This document shows positions 1-11,780 of a stretch of DNA of 64,000 nucleotides, one piece after another (position 1 is the stretch's first letter; the number at the start of each line of letters is the position of its first letter). The DNA comes from Chiloscyllium plagiosum (lineage: Eukaryota), in assembly GCF_004010195.1 (NCBI RefSeq), contig NC_057718.1:82400458-82464457 (forward strand). The letters are read 5' to 3'. The position numbers and the translations under genes are program-made. Below the pieces are notes generated by a model. It was given only the letters and a program-made list of their open reading frames with translations, did not search any database and was not told the DNA's origin.

Positions 1-525
1 GTTCCATGATGTGGAACTCTGAGCTCAACAGTCTGTTCCCCTGGACAAACTCTGAGACAAACATCAACTGCGCCTGTAGGACCATCAACTCAGTGAATCT
101 GCCCAAAACTTGTTGGTCTTCCAGAACAAGAAGTTCACCTCGAACGAGTATGGCAGACTGGCACATTCCAAGATCCGGGACGACGTGCTGAGGGACGCAC
201 TGAAGCTTGGGGCAGCTGACAGCAAAGCTCAGTGGGGAAAGACTGCTGTCTGACAGCTTCCTGCCGAAGGTAGGTGGGGATCCATTCAGTTATCAGACTC
301 CCCAATATCTCAATGTGTATAAATATAATCTTGTAAATATGCCTCAATGTATGTAAATATAACCTTGTATGCGTAAGAGATGCTTTAGGTTTGTTGGGAT
401 AGAGTCAAACTCAAATGGTTGATTGTTTACTTGACATACTCCACAGACCCAACAGCATTGGTGACAATGTATATATATACAATAAGAGATTTTTTATGAA
501 TAAAGTATATTTTGAAATTTTAATA
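1..525 (+). mobile_element. Tx1-clade LINE, 3' end (ORF2 C-terminus and 3' UTR), decayed
   Basis: Frameshifted ...RLAHSKIRDDVLRDALKLGAADSKAQWGKTAV* (stop 251-253); tail ttatgaataaagtatatttt is shared with the copy at 19.3-19.7 kb. Confidence 0.8.
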
Positions 526-579
526 AAATGCAATTGAACCAGTAGGTTTCTCATTTTCTTTCTCCATGCTCCATCAATA

Positions 580-1040
580 TCATAGAATTATAGAATGAAA
601 CAGCAAGGGCAGATGCAGTTATGCCCATTTTGCTTGTGCTAGCTTTTTGGTAGAGTGCCCCAGTTAGTCCCACTCCTGTTCTTGATATGTAGCCCTGTCA
701 ATACTTGTTTCCACTCTGCGTCTGAAGTATTACGACTGAAACTGCTTTCACCACCATTTCAGGCAGCGAATTCCAGCTCACTGTAGAAACGAAAGAATGT
801 TTCTTCATATCGTTTCTCTTCCTTTTGGCAATCACCTTACATCTGTGTCTTCCGTTTACTGCCACTGAAAATAGTGTTTTCTTATCTACTGTGTCAAAAC
901 CATTCATTACTTTGAACACTTCTATCAAATCTCTTAATCATCACCTCTCTAAGGAGATTAACACCCAGCTTTCTCTATTTCTCCACACCTCTCATCTCCG
1001 GTACCATTCTCGGACACCTCTCCTACAGACTCTCTAAGGC
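580..1040 (-). mobile_element. Old CR1 LINE 3' end
   Basis: ORF 698-928 IEVFKVMNGFDTVD...WNSLPEMVVKA is a CR1 ORF2 C-terminus. Confidence 0.8.
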
Positions 1041-1149
1041 TTCAATTCGACCTGACATCTGCTTTCCAGAATGGGGAACAAATTCAGCAGCTTTGCTAAA
1101 AAAAAAATCAAGTGTAACCAAATTTGTTTTGCATTTGTTGGGAGAACAG

Positions 1150-1650
1150 TGTGTCAATCAGGACAATGTGGTTGATTTGGCACTCAGAAACTTCCGGAAA
1201 AATATTTAATAAAATACCAGACAAAAGAAGTTAAGACTCTCAAAATAAAAAGGGATAGCACGGATTGGATGTTGGCTGAGTGGCATGGAGTTGAGAGAAG
1301 TGATGAATGGTTGTTTTGGATTGGAGGATATTATGTAGTAGTGCTCCCCAGAGGTCTTTACTAAAACCATTTCCTCTCTTGGTGTGTATTTATGACTTAG
1401 ACTTGTACGTAGGGTTAAGAGTACTGTTTGTCTTGTTCGGTTCCGAACTCTGCTGGTTTAAGGGTGGTCCGGAGCCCGTGTGGGATGAGTTGGTAACGGA
1501 GGCAGGCTTGTATGTGCAGTACACAATTTCAAACTTTTCAGGTGACGCAAAACTTGGGAGTAATGTCAAATAGACAATGGTAGATTTCAAGAGACATATA
1601 CAGGCTGGTGAAATGAAAGATGGAATTAATGTGAAGAAGTGTGAAATAAT
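1150..1650 (+). mobile_element. Old CR1 reverse-transcriptase fragment, interrupted at 1411-1506
   Basis: Degenerate motifs SSAPQRSLLKP (VPQGSVLGP), IYDLD and ISNFSGDAKLG (ISKFADDTKLG). Confidence 0.7.
1411..1506 (-). mobile_element. Penelope-like element, N-terminal ORF fragment
   Basis: Minus strand reads ACLRYQLIPHGLRTTLKPAEFG (CxxxxLIPxG motif of PLE N-terminal domains); CpG-rich; flanked by cttgtacgt and cttgtatgt. Confidence 0.6.
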
Positions 1651-1654
1651 CTTG

Positions 1655-2001
1655 GAACTGCTACAGTGAGGAAGTAGGCTACTCAGCCCCTGGAGTGCAT
1701 ACCAACCTTCCAAAAAGCATTCCACCCAGACCCACCCTACCACCTACCCTCTCCCTGTAACTCTGCATTTCCCATGGCTAATCCACCTAGCCTACACATT
1801 CCTGGATGTTATGGACAATTTAGCATGGCCAATCCACTTAACCTGCGTATCTTTGGATTGTGGGAGGAAAACAGAGCATCCAGAGGAAACCCACGCAGAC
1901 GTGGGGAGAATGTGCAAACTCCACACAGATAGTCACCCAAGGGTGGAATCAAACCCAGGTCACTGGCGTTGTGAAGTGGCAGTTTTAACCACTAAGCCAC
2001 G
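1655..2001 (-). mobile_element. HE1 SINE (V-SINE)
   Basis: tRNA-derived head, V-domain (ggaaacccacgcagacgtggggagaatgtgcaaac on +) and CR1-type tail. Confidence 0.9.
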
Positions 2002-2449
2002 TAATGGCCCAGATTATCTAACTGGAAACCATCATCTCAGCAGCGTAGATAGAAGTTGCACCTTAGGACTGTCATGAAGTCCTGATGCATGTCTCTGTGG
2101 GAATTGCCTGGGAAGTTAATGAGCAATTGCCCTCTGAAACACTCCCCATCCCTGAATCACTTGGAATTCTTAAATAACCATGCTATTCATTTTATTAAAA
2201 GATTACTTGACATAAATCAATAAAAGGAACATCAAATGTTCAAAAGGAATAGAAAAATAATAAAAAGCTATATAATTTCCACAAAAGTTTCATTATACTT
2301 AGCTTTCTGTATCAGTCTGTTTTCTGTTTTCTGCTGACCTTAAAAGGTATTGCCTGCACCCGGTAGCAGTCAGATTCCACAATGTGGCTGCAAAAAGCAC
2401 AGAAAATAGTTGTTTTTGGATCCAACTAGGATGATTCGAAACTCTGCTT

Positions 2450-3040
2450 TGGAAGGAAGAATGGGAATATAAAAAAAAGAGTATAATCCTTTAAAGAATA
2501 AAGGTGTATTCGTGCAAAGGTTTTGCCACAGAAGGACAAGTTGAGCAAGTACTTGGTAAGACATATGGAATTCTGTGCTTTATGAGTAGAGGCATGCAGT
2601 ACAAAAGCAGGCAAGTTATGGTGGATTTTCATAAAATGCTATTTTTTTTGCCAGCTGGAATATTGCATCCAGTTTTGATTGTTTTACTTGCAAAGGTATT
2701 ATAGAGAGTACAGAAATGATTTACTCGAATGATTCCAGGGATGACGATCCAACTGAAATCTTTGGAAAAGAGAATGTTGAATGGAGATTTGATAAAGGTA
2801 TTCAAGGACATGAGGGGTCCGGACAGAGTAGATAGGGAGGAACTGTTCCCACTGATGGAAGTGAAGTAGAGGACACAAGTTAAAAGTATATGGCAAAAGA
2901 ACCAAGGATGAAATAAGGACATAGGCTTTTTTATGCAATGTGGAGTTTGGGTTTGGAATATTCTCCCTGAGGATATGACCAATGTCAAGTCAATCATGGC
3001 TTACAGAAGAGATTTGGATACCTATCTGATAAAAGAAAAC
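2450..3040 (+). mobile_element. Old CR1 LINE 3' part
   Basis: GILCFMSRGMQYKSRQVM and GDLIKVFK-like motifs. Confidence 0.75.
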
Positions 3041-3149
3041 ATTTTGGGGACGGGGCTCACTTTGTGATGGAACTGTTCTACTATTGTACAAGTGATATCA
3101 TTTTTGGCATAATTGTAGTTTATAAAAGTGTTCCCACCACCTTTGTTCA

Positions 3150-3900
3150 ACTGATTGACTTGTAATCACTTGATTTAGCATGCCATCATTTTTTTAACAG
3201 ATATGCAATATTTTCAAATCTCTACCACCGTCCCTATATCTAAGAAAGGTTAGCTTAATACTCTGCAATTTCCACCCTTGTTTCCATCACCATCCTCTGA
3301 TCATTCCGTCTGGTTCTGGTGACTTTTCCAGTTAAATTGCAGCTGCCTTTCTAATAATCTAGAAATACTTAGTTTCTAGTCATGCCCATTTTTCAGTCGG
3401 GTCTGACACCATTACAATATCAGGTAGTCCCCTGCAATGCAGCTTGTTACTGTTATTTGCTACATTCTATACATTTACGTCAATGTATTGTAAACTTAAT
3501 TTAAACTCAAATGAATTTTCTCTCTATCTGATCCCAGCTAATGCCTTGCATTTATTAGTTGCCTTCTATCTATGTTTGTCCCAATTCTTTATGCACTTCA
3601 TTTCTCATTTCCATTGACGCATCCTAGTTTGCACTCTGACCAATTTAGTTTAAACTTCTCCTGCAGCACCAGAAATGCTTCTGTGCAGGTTTCATCTGCC
3701 CCAGAACAGGCCTCAATGTCCCAGAATCTTGAAGTCTCCCTCTTGCACCCTCTCTAGCAGACATTATTGGCTGTATCTTCCAATATATCTGCTCACTAGT
3801 AAATGGTACCCGTTAGTAACTTTGAGATTCTGCTTGCTAGACTCCTTTCTAGCACCTAAAAATCTGAGCCTGTAGAAATGTCTGTCTGTTCCTCAAACTA
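3150..3900 (-). mobile_element. Very old CR1 internal fragments
   Basis: KSPEPDG-like motif near 3300-3330 and similarity to the CR1 ORF1/ORF2 junction at 12.0 and 14.7 kb. Confidence 0.5.
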
Positions 3901-4684
3901 TTAAATCCTTCATTACTATTGCAAAGATAAATAAATCACAGCAATAAGCCACAACCCATGTATCCCCTGTTGTCTTGGTAACAGACCTGAGGTTAACTAT
4001 AACCTCAATCCAGAACCAAATTTACCTGAGGGGAAGATTTATTATAAATTCTTATAAATATTATAAATGATAAAGAAGTGGTTTATAATTTTCCTACAAA
4101 TGAAAAGAAACAAATCATTCCCTTCTAGTGCCAATCTCAAATGCATCCAAGTATTGCACCCTTAAGAAAACATAGGTGACGTTCTGCACTTGGTTTCCAA
4201 TTGAATGAAGCTACAAAGTTTACTCTGGCACTTTTAATGTAGTGTAAACAAGACCATTGTTTCCAAGCAACCAGGGATTTCAGGATGGTGAATGTGCAAC
4301 AGGGTTAACGGAGATATGTTGGTGTGTGTTTTTGTCACAGGGGTGGTGGCTGTTGTAAAACACAGATCAGCAATGATATAAAATGAGGTCAGCTCATCTC
4401 CTCTGCACTTGCGTAACCATAGTTACACATTCTTTATCATAAAAAGTAAATGTTCCGGTTGCTGGCAGACTTTATTCAGATTCGCAAAGAATATGCAGTG
4501 GTGATTTACTGCCCCAATAAAGAACTTAAATTCAACAGAAATAAATTTGGGAAAGCAAACAAGTTCTCTTGATCTCGTTCACAGAGATTGCAGGAATAGC
4601 GATAGTTAATCGTTTTAGATAAGATGTATTCATCATATCTAAAACTAATGCTCCTCTCAGTCTCTCGGTCTTTTTGAAAGATTG

Positions 4685-4900
4685 TCTTGCATTTATGTGT
4701 GCCTTTCAGAACTTCCAGAATGTTCCAATATGGTTTACAGCCACTGAAGTACTTTACAAGTGCAGTCACTGTTTATAATGCAGGGATTACAGTAACCAAT
4801 GTGTGCACAGCTACCTCCCACAACAATGGTGTGATAGATAATGATCAAATAATCCACTTTTTGTGCTATTGATTGAGGAATAAAAATTGGCTCAAGCACT
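4685..4900 (-). mobile_element. Deu-domain SINE (SacSINE1/AmnSINE-like), 3' half
   Basis: Minus strand gtgggaggtagctgtgcacacattgg...aaagtacttcagtggctgtaaa...ataaatgcaag matches the Deu domain plus L2-type tail; also matches 22.1-22.5 kb. Confidence 0.75.
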
Positions 4901-5390
4901 AGAGATATAGAGTCATAGAGCTGTACAACATGGAAACAGACCCTTTGATCCAACTCCATGCCAACCAGAAATCCTAGATTAATCCACACCTAATTGCCAG
5001 CATTTGGCCCATATTCCTCCAAACCTTTCCTATTCGTGTAGCCATCCAGGTGCCTTTTAAATGTTGTAATTGTACCAGTCTCCACTACTTCTTCTGGCAG
5101 CTCATTCCATACACACACAGTCCACTGTGTGAAAACGTTGCCACTTAGGCCTTTTAGATCTTTCCCCTCTCACCTTAAACTCTGCTACCCTGGGAAAAAG
5201 ACCTTGTCTATTCACTCTATCTATACCCCTCACGATTTTGTAAACCTCTGTAAGGTCACCCCACAGCCTCTGACTGTCCTTGGGAAACTGCCCCAGCCTA
5301 TTCGTGTAGCTCAAATCCTCCAACCCTGGCAACATCCTTGTGAATCTTTTCTCAAGTTCCACAACATCCTTCCGATAGCAGGGACTAGAT
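4900..5390 (-). mobile_element. HER1/CR1 LINE 3' end
   Basis: RFTRMLPGLEDLSY...GDLTEVYKIVRGIDRVN in ORF 5102-5515; tagagtcatagag tail. Confidence 0.9.
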
Positions 5391-6114
5391 GTAACTCTCT
5401 CTACTTCATCTTTGCAATACCTGTAGTGCCTTAGGATCTTGTACATATCCAGAGACCTCAGTTTAATATATTCCATCCGAAGAAATAACACCTGTAATGG
5501 TGCAGCAATTCTCATATTTTCTTTAATGATGGTTAAGTTTTCTTTCCCTCCTTTAAGATTTATTTCATTTTGCGTTCATCTAATTGTTGAACATGGGTTT
5601 GTATCTTTGGTGCCCCACAGGATGTTGGGACATGGGCTTATCCTCAGGATGTGTTGCAGAATGGTCACAATTAGAGTTTCCATAGGTACTAGTTTACATG
5701 CAGCAATTTATTTACTTTTGGTTTTATATATTGTTCAGACCATTGTTGCAGTCCATTTCTGATTTTGTTTGTTCACTGATGCCACAATTGGACCCCTAAC
5801 ATGACTGAACTTGTCCCTATCTGGAATAAAATACAAGCACACGCTGCTGTGATGAACTGTTAAGTCCCTGTTTCCATTTCCACTACAGGGGAATAGCCTG
5901 CTTCTTACAATGGTGTCAATGAGTTCTCGCCAACATAACCTTGAGATCAGTAGGTTTTAATGGAATGTGACAGCAACTTGTCCCAGGCTGCAAGAAAATG
6001 CTAATTTTGATTGCAAATATCCTTGGAGGTTTCACCTCATGACCAGCCCAATCAACAGCCATTTTCCCATCTCTGATATCTTTATATTAAATAATTTAAA
6101 CGTTCTAAACATTT

Positions 6115-6240
6115 AAAGTTCTGAAGTCAAATTGGATTCAGTGTTACCTTTCTTTTGCTCCCCATGATTGACCCACTGAGTTTCTCCAGCACTTTGTTTT
6201 TATTTCAGATTTCCAGCATCTGCAGCATTTTGTTTTTAAT
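6115..6240 (+). mobile_element. Old PLE terminal-repeat fragment
   Basis: ccagcactttg...gatttccagcatctgcagcatttt resembles the PLE ends elsewhere in the window. Confidence 0.5.
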
Positions 6241-6309
6241 TTTATAAATGTATAAAATTTCATAAAATTTTACACTTCTCCTTATTGCTAGTTGAACTCA
6301 GCACTGTCC

Positions 6310-6580
6310 TATTTAAGACTGTGATAAGGAGAATCATTTTTCTCTAAGAAGGTAATGAACCTTTGGAATTCTCTTGCCCTGAGAGTGTTGGAAGTGAGGC
6401 TATTGAATATATTTAAGGCAGTGGTAGGTTGATTTCCGCATTAGTTAGGAATCTAAAATTATCAAGATAGGCAGCGTGTGGAGATGAGGGCACAATGAGA
6501 TCAGCCATAATCTTGCTGATTGGAGGAATTGACCAGAGGAGGTAAACAGCCCACTCGTGATCCTAATTCATACTTATTAT
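6310..6580 (+). mobile_element. Old CR1 3' end
   Basis: NLWNSLA...LNIFKA motif and gatcagccataatctt 3' UTR. Confidence 0.7.
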
Positions 6581-6794
6581 GTTCATTGAAACCTAAGTCT
6601 TGACCAAGTGTGCCCCAGTATTTCTTTATATTGTAAAGGCCTAACTGTCCTATTCAGAATGGTATTGAGGTACTCAGCTCTACAAGTGCCAATCTGAATG
6701 CCTGTTTTGGGACGAGTTAGCAGATGGAATAAGTGTTCCAGTTGGGTCAAGGAGTTTTTAAAAATGTAATCGTTTGAGAGAAATAACTGGATGT

Positions 6795-7127
6795 AGAATC
6801 ACAGAATCCCTACAGCATGCAAGTAGGCCATTTGGCCCATCAGGTCCACACCAACCCTCCAAACAGCATCCCACCTCATCCCTGAAACCCTGCATTTCCC
6901 ATAGCTAATCTACCTAACATACAGATCCCTAGACACTATGGGCAATTTAGCAAGACCAATCCACCTAACCTGCACATCTTTGGAATTCAGGAGGAAACCG
7001 GACACCCGGGGGAAATACACGCGGACACAGAGGGAATGTTCAATCACCACACGGACAGTCGGCCGAGGGTGGATTCAAACCCAGGTCCCTGGTGTTGTGA
7101 GGCAGGAGCACTAACTACTGAACCTCC
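6795..7127 (-). mobile_element. HE1 SINE
   Basis: Same head, V-domain and tail as the other copies. Confidence 0.9.
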
Positions 7128-7209
7128 AGATGTGACAAGGTTAGGATGTTCGGATCTCCCTGGACAGATAAATTATAATAGGCCAAATGATTGCCTTAAT
7201 CCCTGCGTG

Positions 7210-7530
7210 CATTTTTCTTTATTTTCCCATGGGTTGTACATGTTGGGTGGCAGGGCCAGCATTTGTTGCCAAACCGCCCTTGAACAGAGTTGACATGCTG
7301 GGACATTTCATAAGGTAAGTAAGAATCAATCAATCCATTGCCATGCATCCACAATAACATGTAAACCAGACTAAATAAGGATGGTAGGTTTCCCTCCCTC
7401 AATAGGGATCAGTGAGACAGGGGGGTGTTTGCAATAATGAATTATAGTTTCATGGTCACTATTACTGCAACTAATCCAGATTTATTAATTGAATCTGAAT
7501 CCCACCATTTGGGATTTGAACTTGGTTTGC
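7210..7530 (-). mobile_element. tRNA-derived SINE with Meta-domain-like core
   Basis: Minus strand catccttatttagtctggtttacatg core and gcaacaaatgctggccctgcca tail; similar to 15210-15565 and 59295-59630. Confidence 0.55.
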
Positions 7531-7554
7531 AGAACAAACTTGTGAATAAGTAAT

Positions 7555-7710
7555 ACTCACTGTCTGAGGCCATGCAGAATATGGATAGGAAAGTTTTAGT
7601 GGGATATGGTCTAAACGCAGGTAAGTGGGACTAGTTCGGTTTAGGAGACCTGGTCAGCATGGATGAGTTGGGCCGAAGAGCCTGTTTGTTCTGTGCTGTA
7701 TGACTCTATG
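7555..7710 (+). mobile_element. HER1 3' UTR fragment
   Basis: gggatatgg...gtgctgtatgactctatg tail. Confidence 0.75.
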
Positions 7711-8619
7711 GTAGTGTGGGTAGTGTACTGTCGTATACAAAAGTATAGGAACACAGGAACAAGAATAGTCCATTCAGCCCATCAGACCTGTTTTGAAAGT
7801 AAGAATGACTGATTGAACACTTCAATGCCCTTTACTGACACAATCCCCTTAACCCTTTCTGTCAATTGCAATCAGAAACCTATGAATTTCTACCTTAAAC
7901 ATATTTAAAGTCTGAGCCTAAAATTTTAAAAATTTGCAATCACCCGAGTAAAAAACGATTCTCCTCTCAGCCTTAGTCGGCATATCCCCTATTTTTAAAT
8001 TGTGCCCCCAGTTCTAGACTCCCCAAATGGAAAAAGAAATGTCTTCCCTGAATCTGTCCTGTCTATCCCTTTAAGTATTTTGTAGACTTCAATGAGATTA
8101 CTTCCCATTCTTTGAAACTCTAGAGAATATAGGCACAATTTGTCCAATCACTCTTCATAGGACAGTCCCACCTTCCAGGAACAAGGCTGGTGAACCTCTG
8201 TTGCACACCCTCTATAACAATAATATCTTCCCTAAGGTTAGGAGACCAAAACCGCACACAATGCTTCAGGTGCAGTCAAACTGACCTTCAATGCCATTGA
8301 AGCAAGACCGCATTACTCCTGTACTTATATTTAGTGCTAAATGTGAAAATTCCATTTGCTTTTTTAACAGCTTGCTGTACCTACCTACATGTTAGCTTCA
8401 GTGGCTTATTGACAAGGACACCTAGGTCCCTTTAAAACATCTCCACTTTCCACCCACTTACCTTTTGAGAAATGCTATGCACATCTGTTCCTCCCATTAA
8501 AGTGGATAACTTCATTTTTCCACATATTATTCCATCAGGCATGCTTTCGTCCACTCCTTAAGTCTGTCCAAATCCTCCTTTATGTCTTCCTCAGAGAACT
8601 CATTCCTATTTAGCTTTAC

Positions 8620-9072
8620 ATAGAATCCCTATAGTACAGAAGCAGGCCATTCAGCCCATCAAGTCAGAACCGACCTTCCGAATAGCATCCCACCCCAGGC
8701 CCACCCCATCCCTGTAACCCTGCATTTCCCATGGCTAATCTACCTTGTCTGCACCTCCCTAGGCATTATGGGCAATTTAGATTAGATTAGATTACTTACA
8801 ATGTGGAAACAGGCCCTTCGGCCCAACAAATCCACAACGACCCGCCAAAGCGCAACTCACCCAAATCCATTCCCCTACACCTAACACTACGGGCAATTTT
8901 GCATGGCCAATTCAGCTAGGCTGCACATTTTTGGACTGTGGGAGGAAACTGGAGCACTTAGAAGAAACCCATGCAGACACGGGAGAAGGTGCAAATTCCA
9001 GACAGTCAACCAAGGCTGGAATCATACCTGGGTCCCTGGCAGCAATGCTAACCACTGAGCCACCACGCCACC
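8620..9072 (-). mobile_element. Two nested HE1 SINEs
   Basis: A second tail (tagattagattagattac, 8778) begins inside the first copy. Confidence 0.85.
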
Positions 9073-9821
9073 CATATATGATCTGAAATTTGTAAATATT
9101 ACATTTGCTCCTCATATCCACATCATTGATGTATATTATGAATAGCTGATCCTACAGTAGCGCACAAGTCACGGTCTGCCCTCGTGAAAAAGCCTCAGTT
9201 GTTCCTATTCTCTGTTTTCTGTCTTCTTCTCAATCCAACGTCTATGCCAGTACATTACCATGCAGCCTGCTACTTTAACCTTTCTAAACAACCTCTTTCG
9301 GGGGTCGTTACCAAAAGTTTTCTGAAAATTCAAGTATACAACATCTATTAACTCCCTTTTTAGCGATTTTGTTGGTAACATCATCAAAAAAGCTCCAACA
9401 ATTCCAACAGGCATTATTTCCCAGGCACAAATCCATGGTGACTGTGTCCAATTAGATCATAATCAACCAGCTATCAATTATCCCACCGTTTATAATCGAT
9501 TCGTAAAATTTATTTTCCCTGCTACAGGTGTAAGGCTAATGATCTGCAGTTCCCTTTTTTCTATCGTTCCCTTCTTAAATAATGGGGTGACATTTACTAT
9601 GTTCCAGTTGTAGGAATTATTCCAGAAACTACAATTTTGAAAAATGCATTGAATATCTCTACCGTCATGTCCTTTATCACTCTGTAATCTACAAGTTCAG
9701 CTCAGAGGGACTTACCAATTTTCAGGAAGTATAAACAATGACTGCAGATGCTGGAAACCAGATTCTGGATCAGTGGTGCTGGAAGAGCACAGCAATTCAG
9801 ACAGCATCCAAGGACAGGCAA

Positions 9822-9856
9822 AATCGACGTTTCAGGCAAAAGCCCTTCATCAGGAA
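9822..9856 (-). ncRNA. Minimal hammerhead ribozyme motif (PLE type)
   Basis: Minus strand ttcCTGATGAagggcttttgcctGAAACGTCga: core intact, predicted GUC cleavage triplet. Confidence 0.65.
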
Positions 9857-9909
9857 TAAAGGCAGAGAGCCTGAAGCGTGGAGAGATAAGCTAGAGGAGG
9901 GTGGGGGTG

Positions 9910-9930
9910 NNNNNNNNNNNNNNNNNNNNN
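9910..9930. other. Assembly gap (21 N)
   Basis: Run of N. Confidence 1.
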
Positions 9931-11703
9931 TAGCGGGTTTGTTTCAGGACATGGTTGAAGAGCTTCAGGGATGAGGAATTGACCTGGGAGTTGCAGTGGG
10001 AGAGAGACTCCCTGAGATTCTTGTAGAGAGAGGAGGAAAACTTCTTCAAGGCAGGCATCCTTGCAAGAGGATTCGCAGTAGGGTTAAAATCACGAGGTAA
10101 AAACAATGACTGCAGATGCTGGAAACCAGATTCTTGCAAGGATGCCTGCCTTGAAGAAGTTTTCCTCCTCTCTCTACAAGAATCTCAGGGAGTCTCTCTC
10201 CCACTGCAACTCCCAGGTCATTTCCTCAGCCCTGAAGCTCTTCAACCATGTCCTGAAAAACCTCCAGCAACTCGATCCCCTGACTTGTCCGGACTTGTCC
10301 GACCTGCCCAGCTCCTTTTCCACCTATCCACTCCACCCTCTCCTCCCTGACCTATCACCTTCATCTCCTTCCCCACTGACCTATTGTACTCTATGCTACT
10401 CTCTCCCCACCCCCACCCTCCTCTAGCTTATCTCTCCACGCTTCAGGCTCTCTGCCTTTATTCCTGATGAAGGGCTTTTGCCCAAAACGTCGATTTTGCC
10501 TGTCCTCGGATGCTGTCTGAATTGCTGTGCTCTTCCAGCACCACCTTACCAATTTTCAGCCCATTCATTTCTCCATTAGAATTTTCTTACTATTTTCTTT
10601 CATCTCCTCATTTTCCCTGGCCTCTTGGATCTCTGGTTCTGGGAGGTTTCTTGTGTCTTCCTCAGTGAAACCAGAAATGAGGTAATCATGCAGCTTCTCT
10701 GATATTTATCTATTCCTCATTATAAATTCTCCTCATGCTGTCTTTAATGGAATCATATTTGTCTTAACTAAATGTTTCCTATTCATACATCTAGAGAATT
10801 TTTTACAGTCCATTTTATGTTTTCTTCTTAGATTGGGTTCATGTTCTATTTTCTCATTACTTATAGGTTTCTAAGTCCTCTTGTGCTGCATTCTGAAAAT
10901 CTCCCTGTCTTCAGACTTATTTATAGCAACTTTAGAGGCCTTTTATTTTCATTTTATGCAAATCGTTTGCCAGCCATGGTTGACTGACATTTCTGAGTTT
11001 TTGCATCTTGAAGGAATAGTTTTAGAAGGAATATAGTTGCTGTAAGCCATATAATATATTTTAAAGACTATCCATTTCCTATGTACAGTCATGTTTAATG
11101 TATTTTCCTCAATCCAGTTCAAAGAATTTGTGCCACGTGCCTTCCTATTTTCCCTAGTCCAAATTTAACACCCTTGCTTCTGATTAAGCTACCTCACTTT
11201 CAAACATAATTTAAAATTCTATCATATTGTGGTCGCTCACCTCTAAATTTTTTTTATAACAAGATAGTTAATTAGGTCTTTCTCACAACATTTTACTGGA
11301 TCTAAAGTAATCTGTTCTCTAGTCAGCCCCTCAACATACTGCTCTAGAAAACCACCCCCTAGACAATTCAGAAACACATTCTTCACAGCTTCAGTGCTCA
11401 GTTGGTTTCCCCAGTCTATATGCAGGTTGAAGTCAGCCATGATAACTGTGTTGCGCCCATGCGATATGTTTCTCTCATCTCCTGATTAATCCCATGCTTC
11501 ACACTATTGCTACTAATCAGTGGCCTATAAATAACCAAAGTCTGCTGCATCTTACTGTACCTTATCTCCACTTAAACAGAATCCACACATTGTTCTTCTT
11601 ATCTGAGATCCCCTGTTGTTAATGTACTGGTCCTTCTCCTTATTATTACCATAACTTAATGTATTCCTTCGTTTCTATTCTTCCTAAATATCAACTGTCT
11701 TTG

Positions 11704-11780
11704 AATATTCAGTTTCCAGTCTTGGTGAACATTGCAGCCAACATGGCTGCAATGTTCACCAGGACTGGAAACTGAATATT
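11704..11780. repeat. 37-bp inverted repeat (hairpin, 3-nt loop)
   Basis: aatattcagtttccagtcttggtgaacattgcagcca-aca-tggctgcaatgttcaccaggactggaaactgaatatt; one mismatch (a G-U pair in RNA). Confidence 0.95.

Larger units (their letters stand above)
9726..10544. mobile_element. PLE family A non-autonomous element (tandem plus inverted terminal repeat) with hammerhead motifs
   Basis: 15-bp TSD cttaccaattttcag (9711-9725 and 10545-10559); inverted arms; PLE ORF start MPALKKFSSSLYKNLRESL on both strands; contains an N gap. Confidence 0.85.

Noticed and set aside
5426..5500. Candidate minus-strand exon VLFLRMEYIKLRSLDMYKILRHYR
   Set aside because: No polypyrimidine tract, weak donor and no recognised homology.
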